A DNA stretch of 64,000 nt. Source: Catajapyx aquilonaris (taxonomy: Eukaryota). Position numbers and translations under genes: made by a program. The stretch covers positions 1-64,000 of the forward strand of contig KZ538460.1 in the NCBI GenBank assembly GCA_000934665.2, in the 5' to 3' direction. A model generated the notes under the pieces. It saw only the letters and a program-made list of their open reading frames with translations. It ran no database searches and was not told the origin of the DNA. Of this stretch, positions 51,901-58,592 are shown piece after piece. Each line of letters begins with the position of its first letter. Position 1 is the first letter of the stretch.

Positions 51901-54900
51901 CATATCACATGAATGTGATCATTTGTTATTTTTCCTTCCATTGCTAAGAAGCTCAGGATCACATGACTTTGCTTGATAACCTGTTAAGAATAGAATCCCA
52001 TTCCTCACATATTCTTTGGAAATGAGTGAGAAAAGAAAATAGACAAAATAAGAATAACCTCCACATGCAGATTGGGGCCAAATATATGCTCAATGACTTG
52101 GTTTTTTAGCAACCACTCTGCCAGATTTCGCCCAACACCATCAGCCTCCAGGATAGCCTCATTGTTACATAGCTCACTGTACATATTGATGTGGTTGTTT
52201 ATCTGAGACACACCAGACAATCGCATAGTGAGGGTTGTGCTGGTGAAGTACTTGAAGGCCAGGTCCAGTCCATCCTTATCAAAGGTGAGTGGAGCATCAA
52301 GGGGGTCTTTGACAGCAGTCCACATGAATTCTGTATTGAAACACAATTATTGGAACCAAACCAATAATATGCATGTTGTTTACTGGAAAATTGCTCTTAC
52401 CTGCCATACTCTTGATTCCAGGGGCACGGAGATCCTTGTCAGCCAATTTGCACATATATCGTAAAACTTTAGAGCGAAGGGGGATGAACAGCTGAATGAT
52501 AGATCTGTAGTTCAGCCAGAGCTTCACGTTGGATATCACACCAACTATAGCATGGGCTAGGGAAACTAGCAGTATGTCAGGATTCTGGTCCTCAAAGCAT
52601 GCAGTCATGGCATGAATCCCCCCACTTTTACAGAACAGGCACACATTACGGAGGAGGTACACAGGAATTTCAGGGTCATGAATATCACAGAACACGCTGA
52701 GTGAGGAAGCCTCTTGTTGGGATACCTCGTCATACTTGGAGTGCACACTATGCTTGTAAGCCACATAGAGGGGGAAATTGAGGAGAAACACTTTTGATAC
52801 CAAATGCAGCAAACGCTCCTTTTCTTCCAAGCTCCACACTTCTCCTGCTTTGGCACCACACTCACTCTCCTCTTCTTTCAACTTATTTTCTCTCTCATCC
52901 TTATTGGCTATATCAGTCTTTCCAATATCTCCCCTTCCATCAAGTTTCTGAAGCTTGCGATCCTCAGCCTTCCCAAGCTGCTCCGGAATGGCCTTTAGCT
53001 GAGCAACAGCCAAGCAGACAAGGCTTTGTGTAATCAGATGAAAGCGATCAAAATTTTTGCTGTCCTTGAAGCAGCAGGAACATTGCCTATGAGAAAGAAG
53101 CACAAAATGAATAATTACGTATACATAAGCAACTGAGACTCAATGGAATGAAAACACAGGGCAAGTGACCAATGATTGCCCATGCACAGGTATTCAAGCA
53201 CAAGTTCAAACTTGTACTCATAATCAAATATTCATTGTATCATATGTCCTGTGTAACTAAAAGTCGCTCATAATATACAAGCACATTTTACTTCATCAAT
53301 ATACAGTGATTGGTGTTCCAACCGTAAATCATGGAGGAATTATTAGGCCAGTTTCCTGTTGATGGGGAAAGGAGGGGGTCACTTGAAAAGTCACAGATTA
53401 GCTGCTGGGTACAGTGTTTGGACATTAATCGAGGCTTACTGCTAGCAACATTTTCCGAAGCAGCAGAAGAAGGAATCAAAGATAAGGATACTGCAAGCAG
53501 GGCGAGCAAGATTCCTTCTTCTGCCACTTCGGAAAATGCCTTGATTAATGTCCAACAGTGTACTACATCAGGTCGAATCCAAGTCTGCATGGGTTCAAAG
53601 GTCACCTCATCATTGTGGACTCACCTTCCGTAAATCCCACAAGGCTGGCACCAAGGCACCATCAGTAATACCTAATACCCTATTTCTCATAACGTGATGC
53701 TCAATATTCCCATTCATCAATGTCATTCATTAACCCTCAGAGCCCGGCAAGTCAATGGCAGGTACTACCGAGAAAGCCAACAAGCCTTTTCGGGAGTTTT
53801 TAAACTTTTTAGTCAAGTCCTTGTGACCCCAAAACAATGTTACAATGAAAGATTATATAGGAAAGTTATACACCAATATTACCTAAGACTTGGAGTTTTT
53901 CAGAAAAAATTAAAATTATGCAAATTTTTTCTGAAAAGCTCCAAGTCTTATGTCAACATTGGTGTATAACCATTTTGAATCTATAATCCTGTGTCATGCA
54001 TGGATGGAAAGCAATATTGAAACCCACATTTCTCAAGTTAAAAATCATGAAAACTCAGCCAAATTTCTCTGACTGATAGTCTATACCCCTCATTTACAAA
54101 TTGAATCAATAAATATAACACGATTGAAACATTTTGGAGTAACCCACCCGAACGAACCCGACCCAACAGGTGCACATGCACTGCTTTGAAAGTAGGGGCG
54201 GGAAGAGCCTGCCTACCTAGGCGGAAACCATCTGCTTGGTGCGCCGCCAAGATGGAAAGCCAAAGTCACAGACACGTTGCCCTCTGTTGTTAAAAAAAAA
54301 TAAAGATGCCTACATTTCATCTGGAAGCACGTGGTGTTGATCTAAAGTCACACAACCCAGCCATCGGCCTGCCGATCTCCAAGAGTTAAACACTCACCTT
54401 CCATTTGTCTGAGTCTGTTGATCATCCCTGTGCAACCAATATGTTTCCTAGTTTCAGTGTTGAACGTATATTCCATTCATTGAATATCCTTTAGTACCTC
54501 GTACGTAATTTCATTCAGTGAACTATTATTATGCAAATTCCCTGCCAGGTACCCCCGCGAGCATAAAGATGGAGACGGCAGGCCCTTTTTTGACATTTCT
54601 TTATTCGACTCAAATTAATGAACTCTTTTTGGACCGAGTTAGCTGCTTCAGGCGTGTGTTCGTTTAAAAGACTCACATCCAGCCTCATATCTCACTGGGC
54701 AGACATACTCTAACTCCAACTACCGACTCATGGTGCTTTGAAGTCTGACTTAAGCCTTAGGAGTAAGCCTGTTTCCATAGCAGTCTTTCAGCCATGGTTA
54801 GGAGTTAGGAATAGCACTGAGGAGCAAGTGAGGGACACAGAAGCATAGCAAATGTAAGGTAATACGAATTCAATTTCCATAAATCAAGTTTCTATATCAC

Positions 54901-57724
54901 TAACAATAAGTACTACATAGCTTGAACCGCTGGCAATTATTTACTATGGAATTTATGCCATTTTTGGCCTCCACAAGTCAGTAGTTTGTGCCAGATTCAG
55001 GTAGGTTTTTCCTAAGAGCTCAAGGCAGACCAAAACTTGTGGACTAAATCACGAGTGACATATTCCTTCCAAACAGAAATTAAAAAGTTGGCAAATATTT
55101 CCTTGTGGAATACGAGCTGAGCTACCGCTCCATCTCAAATACACCAGACACTCTCCCTGCAAAAATCACAGTGTTTCCTAGTGCAATATGAAGGTACTAG
55201 CAACACTTGTCCTAGTTATTACACATATGGATTGCACTTGTTTGGAATTGTGATGCGTTAATAATAGACTGTTGTGGTTGTTATGAAGAACGAACAGGGA
55301 GGAAGATAGAATGTCCGAGTAGGGGGTAGTTGAAATTTATTAGTTGGTATAGACTATAGAGGAAGCTACAATTTTGAGGGTTGAGAAGAGAGTGACTAAA
55401 AAGTTTGTGTTTAAGAAAGAGTGGAATCAACAGTAGAAGTTAATCAGAAAAACGGCATTCACATCATTCAGAGGGGGGCTGGTGACAAGATGTGATTGCC
55501 TAAGAATGCATCCTACATACCTTTTCACCCCTAAGAGGGTCCAGCCATACAGTATGTTATGTCATGCTGGCCATAGGAAGCAAGAGTCACAAATATCAAG
55601 CCATTAATCCTACCAGTTAACATTACTTGTAATAATGACTTTTTTTTTCTTTTTTTTAAAGATTTACCCCGTGATGACCTGTTGGGTCTATAGAGGGTGG
55701 TGGATTACCACCATTGGTATTTGTTTTTTGGAGCGAGTTAAGAATAATCTTATTAGTATACTCCAAGGTAGTTAGGAGGGGATGTGCAAAGTGCATGTGC
55801 GCTGTCGTTAATTGGTCATTTTGTGAACTCCCCCGGGTGGCTTAGTCTATCGGAAATTGCCACCCGAAACGAAGCCAGAGATGGCCCAACTCTGCACGAA
55901 AGAAGGTGGGAACCCTGGGTGGGGATTGAACCCGGGACCTTAACTTCCGTGGGCGCGCGCGTTACCACGGCGCCACTCCGTCTCCCCTGTAATAATGACA
56001 TTTCAGCATAGTGTTGCCACCGTGGGCTTTTCACAGCACACTGCGGATATGCAAGTAAGAACTTTTCCTCTCCATTATTAATGTGTCAGAGAACTGTGCA
56101 ACATTACACATACAGCATTGCGCTACAAAAAGTGCAAGATATTGCAAGAATTCAGCCTAATGACATTCACAAACCATCACTGAACCTCAGATGTGCATGG
56201 TTGTGGTGACACCATTGTGCTGACTAAATATTTTTGTGAAACTCAAGTATACTACGTGCAGCTTTCCCATTTGTGTGGGTCTGTAGTAAGAGAATGGTGC
56301 TTAATGTTAAGGATAGTTTTAAGCCGGCATTGTCATCAGCAGTCAAGATTTTTCACATCCTATCAGAGAATTCTACGAATAATTCTACGAAATAATTGTA
56401 AATAATTTTGGAACGGCCCTCATATTAGTAGGTAGTGGTCTAAACTTTTACATGGTACTGTACCTCATTTAAAATGCTCTTGTTAAACCAAATTAAATTG
56501 TACAAAATTCATTTTAAATGCAACGACGCTCAGATTTTGTTGTGATGGAAGTATACTTCCCGATATATTAATATTGGAGGGAGTGAGGACATCAGTCAGA
56601 ACTTTTAACGTCAAGAGTACATAATGCTGATTTTACAATGCGAGTCTATTGAAAACCAATGTCACGTAGTAATTCATGTTACTGTGAAAAGTTGCAGTAG
56701 TCGTAGGCCTCACACATCAGTATTGATCAAATTAAGTCATTAAGAGAGTGGAAAGCCACATACTACCGTCCCTGACCCGTTCTTTTGTGTATCCTCAGTG
56801 GCTGGAGCTAGTGGCTTCTCCATGCATGATGTCTTTGGCAGAAGTCAAAGACTGATAAAGTGCCTTTTAAGGTGTAGCACACACAGCTGCATTCTATGCG
56901 ACCCTTTTGTGTGTCAACTATTTCTCGCCTGGTGCTGTTCAGTGATTTTTGGGAGTGCAAACCTGCCCACTGCATTACATGTTGTCTGCCATATGCCAAA
57001 TTTTTAATCTATAGACTAACCTAACCTGCCTCTCCTACCATGCTTAATCATAACTGACTCATCCATGTGGCCCACAGTAGTACATGATCCTACTGATCTT
57101 CCTGTCATGGACAGTTCCATGAATTTACCCCATTTGCATTTTTCAGCTTGGAAAAACAGCATATTAGGATATAATTGGCAGAAAAGCGGTCAATTCATGC
57201 TTCTAAACTGCCCCTTATTGACAGTTTCGCACCATGAAAAGGTATTTCCACACTCATGAGACTTGACACAAAGCAGAGTCTGTGAAGTTGTGTTCTTAGT
57301 AAATCAATCTGCCTTCAGGCTGGGGCAGAACAGTAATCAACAATGGGGTGACACACCGAAACTGCCAACGCATCATCAAAACCCATGAGTACATTTACTT
57401 AGTATTTGCCACCACAGTCTAAAGTCATTCACCTATTGGAGTTATACCTGCTCTCACAAAACACACTTCTGAAGTAAAGAAAAGGAACACGTGTACAAAA
57501 ATTGAATCCCATTACCTTTGAGACCATGCTTGCAGGTACAGGAATACCTTCTCCACCTGCTCCTTTTTCAGCAGCGGCTTCTCCTCGTCACCACTGTCCT
57601 GCGCTAGCTGGGTCTCATCTGAAACCACGTCAAATGTAGAGTCACCATCCCATCCTAGTATCCCCAAAATGCCCCACTTACTCTGCAGCAGAAGGTCCAG
57701 CAAGTCCTTACAGGAGTCACACAT
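3819..57724 (-). CDS. USP34: Ubiquitin carboxyl-terminal hydrolase 34 (USP34/puffyeye ortholog); spliced CDS of 43 exons, about 3493 aa
   Basis: N-terminus MCDSC..WSQRQCSCCFKD, motif SRMSNKSDKNMADFDGEESGC, Cys box GLTNLGATCYMAS, His box VHTGTADGGHYYSF..WFLFND and SAYMLFY all match the USP34 family as I recall it. All 42 introns are GT-AG with consistent phases; summed exon length 10482 is divisible by 3. Confidence 0.97.
4454..4697 (-). CDS. USP34: USP34 exon 42 (VAAHVL..NGDLRAL..ENP)
   Basis: tacag acceptor; gtaagg donor. Confidence 0.9.
4759..4896 (-). CDS. USP34: USP34 exon 41 (HVDRKY..YFPK)
   Basis: ttcag acceptor; gtaagg donor. Confidence 0.9.
4952..5155 (-). CDS. USP34: USP34 exon 40 (GVDEDYD..YNAQ)
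   Basis: tgcag acceptor; gtgggt donor. Confidence 0.92.
5214..5443 (-). CDS. USP34: USP34 exon 39 (EVLKELL..GPYFPR..LEACK)
   Basis: tacag acceptor; gtgagt donor. Confidence 0.92.
5505..5976 (-). CDS. USP34: USP34 exon 38 (AVEELFKLM..NHCI)
   Basis: aacag acceptor; gtaaag donor. Confidence 0.93.
7790..8690 (-). pseudogene. Helitron RepHel N-terminal region, frameshifted and truncated
   Basis: CCSIGKVSLP, FMPTFKVQCKIYHCIGSLLP, PRFLQLYF and EHRGRFNQPSCNEIAVI motifs typical of Helitron RepHel proteins. Confidence 0.85.
9447..9500. repeat. poly-G and (GA)n microsatellite inside the Helitron
   Basis: Directly visible. Confidence 0.9.
10253..10322. repeat. CT-rich low-complexity tract
   Basis: Directly visible. 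Confidence 0.85.
11144..11486 (+). pseudogene. THAP zinc-finger remnant (one frameshift plus a small insertion)
   Basis: M..FCVVY/CKRH..YFEFP..QW..VCMDHF..LKPNAVPT matches the C2CH THAP consensus with the AVPT box. Confidence 0.8.
11998..12623. mobile_element. hAT-type MITE nested in the right TIR of the Kolobok-like element (contains an N gap at 12558-12589)
   Basis: 8-bp TSD GTGTGGGC on both sides; imperfect TIR caggcccggcggaac / gttccgccgccgttg. Confidence 0.8.
13177..13354 (-). CDS. USP34: USP34 exon 37 (ADHEDQDVV..QYSG)
   Basis: tttcag acceptor; gtaagt donor. Confidence 0.93.
13414..13604 (-). CDS. USP34: USP34 exon 36 (FGQHFLDLWQLFHPKLSEP..KNIAFNYI)
   Basis: ttccag acceptor; gtaagt donor; conserved frame not shown in the ORF track. 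Confidence 0.92.
13730..14047 (+). mobile_element. tRNA-derived SINE
   Basis: A box (tggccgtgatgg), B box (ggttcgatccc), A tail and TSD aactctttaaccac. Confidence 0.9.
15640..16620. mobile_element. Fold-back element with about 300-bp diverged inverted arms
   Basis: 15660-15900 is the reverse complement of about 16385-16615 (for example aaagacgaactaggtgccctgcgc / gcgcaaggcacttagttcgtcttt). Confidence 0.65.
16705..17552. mobile_element. piggyBac-like non-autonomous element
   Basis: TTAA|CCCTAATGAGAC..GTCTAATTAGGG|TTAA. Confidence 0.8.
17638..17903 (-). CDS. USP34: USP34 exon 35 (AAYLLVSLVP..TEKLK)
   Basis: tacag acceptor; gtgagg donor. Confidence 0.92.
18686..18980. mobile_element. piggyBac-like MITE (family copy 1)
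   Basis: TTAA|CCCTGGAAC..GTTCCAGGG|TTAA; highly similar to 58593-58881. Confidence 0.88.
19213..19879. mobile_element. Tc1/mariner-derived fold-back made of two transposon 3' ends
   Basis: About 200-bp inverted arms; PPRSPNLTRPDYFLWGYLK and NGGHFQH remnants; ends in caccctgTA. Confidence 0.8.
20433..20685 (-). CDS. USP34: USP34 exon 34 (LSQPFFKLL..NQRVRN)
   Basis: tccag acceptor; gtgtgt donor. Confidence 0.92.
21425..21774 (+). mobile_element. tRNA-derived SINE, family A
   Basis: A/B boxes, (TTA)n tail, TSD tattcattaggc. Confidence 0.9.
22783..22860. repeat. Short hairpin (19-bp perfect arms)
   Basis: ttatcctggtcttgaagca / tgcttcaagaccaggataa. Confidence 0.75.
23108..23436. mobile_element. 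Tc1/mariner-type MITE
   Basis: TA-flanked (c/t)agggtgtc termini with about 75-bp TIRs. Confidence 0.85.
23592..23924 (-). CDS. USP34: USP34 exon 33 (VEVVSEEEEEE..ITKHSE)
   Basis: tacag acceptor; gtatta donor. Confidence 0.92.
24037..24146. mobile_element. 110-bp hAT-type mini-MITE
   Basis: 8-bp TSD GTGATAAG; TIR cagggatggaaaaagaa, with a third internal TIR copy. Confidence 0.85.
24466..24627 (-). CDS. USP34: USP34 exon 32 (MEQGAK..KNPDV)
   Basis: tttcag acceptor; gtgagt donor. Confidence 0.92.
24797..24914 (-). CDS. USP34: USP34 exon 31 (SLHAPLYL..SCVTRFIRKLLLL)
   Basis: ttgtag acceptor; gtaagc donor. Confidence 0.92.
24974..25161 (-). CDS. USP34: USP34 exon 30 (PTMVQW..IQRLR)
   Basis: ttgcag acceptor; gtagg donor. 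Confidence 0.93.
25225..25348 (-). CDS. USP34: USP34 exon 29 (FMWQMCG..FIHAKEK)
   Basis: tacag acceptor; gtgagt donor. Confidence 0.92.
25412..25671 (-). CDS. USP34: USP34 exon 28 (SKTYDS..SAYMLFYER..HTYF)
   Basis: tacag acceptor; gtgagt donor. Confidence 0.94.
25811..26061 (-). CDS. USP34: USP34 exon 27 with His box (VHTGTADGGHYYSF..WFLFND); catalytic His codon 25934-25936
   Basis: attcag acceptor; gtgagc donor; USP His box. Confidence 0.96.
26120..26286 (-). CDS. USP34: USP34 exon 26 (ACFKKLPHIL..FSFPLRLDM..QYQ)
   Basis: cttag acceptor; gtgagt donor. Confidence 0.94.
26344..26516 (-). CDS. USP34: USP34 exon 25 (DCPHVS..CSQCGKKVRAEKR)
   Basis: ttgcag acceptor; gtgaaa donor. Confidence 0.94.
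26595..26798 (-). CDS. USP34: USP34 exon 24 (ESERKAYNP..EQKDMAEFF..NNVVSL)
   Basis: ttgtag acceptor; gtgagt donor. Confidence 0.94.
26942..27171 (-). CDS. USP34: USP34 exon 23 with Cys box (WDYWPH..GLTNLGATCYMAS); catalytic Cys codon 27077-27079
   Basis: accag acceptor; gtaagt donor; USP Cys box. Confidence 0.96.
27278..29071. mobile_element. piggyBac-like non-autonomous element hosting a mariner
   Basis: TTAA|CCCTTTGCCTCCC..GGGAGACAAAGGG|TTAA. Confidence 0.8.
27554..28472 (-). mobile_element. Mariner transposon with internal deletion
   Basis: TA TSD, near-perfect TIRs c(a/g)aggggtgttcaagtcattcccggacttta; HTH region IIKFL..YGEDTLSRSVVYEWAARFKGGR joined to DNAHPH, YSPNLALSD and GDYVEK. Confidence 0.93.
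29210..29596. mobile_element. hAT-type MITE
   Basis: TIR cagtggttcccaacct; 8-bp TSD ACCTAGCG. Confidence 0.9.
29650..29997 (-). mobile_element. tRNA-derived SINE (different body) with long (TTA)n tail
   Basis: B box gggttcgaatccc; 16-bp TSD ggaacgggcgcatgta. Confidence 0.9.
30495..30757 (+). mobile_element. pogo/Tigger-like fragment
   Basis: NGWLESFRNRHRI (CENP-B-type HTH motif) and terminus caggtttcactgTA; similar end at about 45770. Confidence 0.6.
30757..31247. mobile_element. Fold-back MITE with a Tc1-type palindromic MITE (31000-31196) nested in its right arm
   Basis: Outer arms are inverted; the inner element TA|cagggtggacc..ggtccaccctg|TA is an almost complete palindrome. Confidence 0.8.
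31747..31915 (-). CDS. USP34: USP34 exon 22 (VFDCLFALPS..PKCKSQMSRSAAYDLLVEMVKG..QHQP)
   Basis: tccag acceptor; gtaagt donor; conserved pre-catalytic motif, not in the ORF track. Confidence 0.92.
32181..32789 (-). CDS. USP34: USP34 exon 21 (VVHYALALL..FLHQ)
   Basis: cttcag acceptor; gtgaca donor. Confidence 0.93.
32878..32997 (-). CDS. USP34: USP34 exon 20 (KMLAMMD..WGRAQ)
   Basis: tttcag acceptor; gtgagt donor. Confidence 0.92.
33345..34440. mobile_element. Old TIR element of unknown superfamily
   Basis: About 150-bp diverged inverted ends (gtttatccgcacct / aggtgcggataaac; gtcgcaaacaa / ttgtttgcgac). Confidence 0.55.
34550..34902 (+). mobile_element. tRNA-derived SINE, family B
   Basis: A/B boxes, A tail, TSD aaaattaaacatgtttt. 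Confidence 0.9.
34939..35903. mobile_element. pogo/Tigger-type non-autonomous element
   Basis: TA-flanked TIRs with repeated tataacgaa motifs. Confidence 0.75.
36239..36453 (-). CDS. USP34: USP34 exon 19 (GILQ..WSEWQQDCLASLLKLLCQ..RLNE)
   Basis: ttgtag acceptor; gtgagt donor. Confidence 0.92.
36536..36614 (-). CDS. USP34: USP34 exon 18 (AGDETSWSNMFLIHGGLQHLFDIFLS)
   Basis: 79-nt exon required to restore phase; catag acceptor; gtagt donor; W..F...GGL..L motif. Confidence 0.88.
36868..37522. mobile_element. Fold-back MITE with about 150-bp arms
   Basis: cattaatggctatgcacagacatc..gcttgctacgaagatggatcatata is inverted at about 37386-37520. Confidence 0.8.
37560..38090. mobile_element. Rearranged mariner relic
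   Basis: + strand GIQKLVPCYDKCLNQEGD*VE (C-terminus); - strand decayed N-terminal part. Confidence 0.6.
38453..38680 (-). CDS. USP34: USP34 exon 17 (NVILHTKAQVLSRRVWDILMLLPT..DIST)
   Basis: attcag acceptor; gtaagt donor. Confidence 0.92.
38749..38943 (-). CDS. USP34: USP34 exon 16 (LVFISMG..DKAG)
   Basis: tttcag acceptor; gtgagt donor. Confidence 0.92.
39094..39243. mobile_element. PIF/Harbinger-like palindromic MITE; related termini at about 44480-44648 and 49190-49587
   Basis: gtttacatg..catgtaaac termini; about 50-bp arms. Confidence 0.7.
40568..41249. mobile_element. Kolobok-like non-autonomous element
   Basis: TTAA|GGGGGCAATACAGT..ACTGTAGTGCCCCC|TTAA. Confidence 0.7.
41552..41963. 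mobile_element. PIF/Harbinger-like MITE
   Basis: gttcacacg..aaattcctaggaaa / tttcctaggaattt..cgtgtgaac. Confidence 0.65.
42040..42664. mobile_element. Tc1-type non-autonomous element with internal hairpin (about 42170-42450)
   Basis: Right end matches the arm of the 31000-31196 MITE; internal inverted arms of about 75 bp. Confidence 0.7.
43230..43608 (-). CDS. USP34: USP34 exon 15 (YAYHLRRW..GFKDLQ)
   Basis: ttatag acceptor; gtaagt donor. Confidence 0.93.
43878..44119. mobile_element. MITE
   Basis: actaggggcaagataactcatg / catgagttatcttgcccctagt; a second small hairpin lies at about 43690-43841. Confidence 0.75.
45642..45712 (-). mobile_element. Isolated SINE/LINE 3' tail
   Basis: cccacccccta..stem-loop..acggggta plus poly-A on the - strand. 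Confidence 0.6.
45897..46116 (-). mobile_element. 5'-truncated SINE related to 13730-14047
   Basis: Shares cccaaaaatcc..tccttg..tgcaccgg..atggtggt.tcccacccc; (TAAA)n/(TAA)n tail. Confidence 0.75.
46202..46403 (-). CDS. USP34: USP34 exon 14 (DVSMTAIQYLN..FRRR)
   Basis: tttcag acceptor; gtgaag donor. Confidence 0.92.
46861..47566 (-). CDS. USP34: USP34 exon 13 (MQLSEGL..RATNT)
   Basis: ctgcag acceptor; gttagt donor. Confidence 0.93.
47623..47787 (-). CDS. USP34: USP34 exon 12 (LAGMASMY..CKPGNTLLWDLLQDNQI)
   Basis: ctccag acceptor; gtgagt donor. Confidence 0.88.
47851..47995 (-). CDS. USP34: USP34 exon 11 (ELLED..SRMSNKSDKNMADFDGEESGCDDELAQLAAHAQ)
   Basis: tttag acceptor; gtaagt donor; conserved USP34 motif, not in the ORF track. 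Confidence 0.92.
48054..48402 (-). CDS. USP34: USP34 exon 10 (TKAKNDPP..FHQSR)
   Basis: tctag acceptor; gtaagg donor. Confidence 0.78.
48467..48648 (-). CDS. USP34: USP34 exon 9 (SLPKEKRASPE..RRKVLRKRKRLK)
   Basis: gctag acceptor; gtgtgg donor; phase 2 to 1. Confidence 0.72.
48728..48830 (-). CDS. USP34: USP34 exon 8 (VGKDEFSDDS..NEPD)
   Basis: ttgcag acceptor; gtgagt donor; phase 1 to 2. Confidence 0.72.
48968..49094 (-). CDS. USP34: USP34 exon 7 (HDSSQPSE..AIE), low-complexity region
   Basis: aagcag acceptor; gtatta donor; phases fit neighbours, sequence poorly conserved. Confidence 0.7.
49649..49970 (-). mobile_element. tRNA-derived SINE, family A
   Basis: Reverse-complement homolog of 21425-21774; diverged TSD ttactag.gtatt. 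Confidence 0.85.
50600..50870. repeat. Long hairpin / fold-back MITE
   Basis: aaatctgccgaaagcatccctggaacctcccacttttcaagttt..catggagatgccctca is inverted almost perfectly. Confidence 0.85.
51464..51685 (-). CDS. USP34: USP34 exon 6 (SLYLASSLIKLIW..poly-E)
   Basis: ttaag acceptor; gtgagg donor. Confidence 0.88.
51762..51980 (-). CDS. USP34: USP34 exon 5 (VIKQSHVIL..EHTEQ)
   Basis: aacag acceptor; gtaagg donor. Confidence 0.92.
52059..52330 (-). CDS. USP34: USP34 exon 4 (EFMWTAVKDP..PNLHVE)
   Basis: tacag acceptor; gttatt donor. Confidence 0.92.
52401..53086 (-). CDS. USP34: USP34 exon 3 (QCSCCFKD..IKSMA)
   Basis: catag acceptor; gtaaga donor; long conserved reading frame. Confidence 0.93.
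53410..53563. repeat. Hairpin with about 45-55 bp arms
   Basis: tggacattaatc..cattttccgaagcagcagaagaaggaatc / gattccttcttctgccacttcggaaaatg..gattaatgtcca. Confidence 0.75.
53734..54385. mobile_element. Possible old piggyBac-like element
   Basis: TTAA|CCCTCAGAGCCCGGCA..TGCCGATCTCCAAGAG|TTAA, diverged. Confidence 0.45.
55640..55987 (-). mobile_element. tRNA-derived SINE, family B
   Basis: 5' half nearly identical to the 34550 copy; TSD tgtaataatgac. Confidence 0.9.
57516..57618 (-). CDS. USP34: USP34 exon 2 (..KEQVEKVFLYLQAWSQR)
   Basis: tttcag acceptor; gtaat donor, phase 2. Confidence 0.88.
57682..57724 (-). CDS. USP34: USP34 coding exon 1 (MCDSCKDLLDLLLQ)
   Basis: ATG at 57724; donor gtaagt, phase 1. 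Confidence 0.85.
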
Positions 57725-58420
57725 GTCTTCCAAAAAAACAGCAGGGGCTCTCAGGCACTTGGGCTGGACATAAGATACAGAACACAGGCGGCCATTTTCC
57801 CAAGAAACACGGCTGGTTTAAAGGCGCCGGGTTCCCTCGTTCCAGAAACCCACACCAGCCCTACCACCACCTTTTCTTCCCCACACCCACCCCTGGGAAA
57901 CAGTGTTCTAAAAGGTCCACACCTGGGTTAAGCAAAAGTACACACTCCAATCGAACTCGCGCTGATGTCTGGCTATCACGGATGCAATCGTAGGACGGGA
58001 TAACGCCAGTTCAGCTGGCTGGCACAGGCTATAACACTGTCGAAATGCCATTCGCCATGGCACTCCACTGGTGCTTCCAGCTCCGATACTCCTGCCTGCT
58101 GCTGCTGTAGTGCTGTACTGCGCATGCGCTCACACTTCATGGCCGCCCCCTCAAAACTCACCCACCAGCACCCACCCAACCCCCTCTCTCCCTTCGACCC
58201 TTCCGTAACGGACTTTCGCTCTTCTTGTTCTCCGTGTTCTCCGTTCGTTTCGCTTGCGTGCCATCACACCATCATCACACTGTACGCCGCCTGAACACAC
58301 CCATGTACTCCCACTCTGCCGGCCATTATTCACATCACCAAGGAACACCCACCAGGATACTTGCGTACATACGCGTACATATTATCACTCGCTCTTGCAT
58401 GACGTAATTTTAGCGATCAT
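57725..58420 (-). promoter_or_regulatory. USP34 5' UTR / promoter region
   Basis: CpG-richer, repeat-free stretch with an NRF1/Ewg-like TGCGCATGCGC (about 58118-58128), YY1/Pho-like ATGGCCGCC (about 57787-57798 and 58139-58147) and a CRE-like TGACGTAA (about 58400). Confidence 0.55.
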
Positions 58421-58592
58421 ATTAGTTATTACTAAGAATGTATGTTGTTAGTTTTTTAAAAATCAGGTACGATTTATGCGGGGTTCAGAAGTGTTTTGTT
58501 ACTGAGAGGGAATTGCGGGAATTGGAATGGGGAAATATGAGGTGGAATTTTCGTCGTACTACTAGTTACTTCTAACCATGCTTCTAACTTAA

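Noticed and set aside
53288..53633. Overlapping ORFs of about 100 aa on both strands
   Set aside because: They overlap an inverted repeat and show no recognisable protein motifs.
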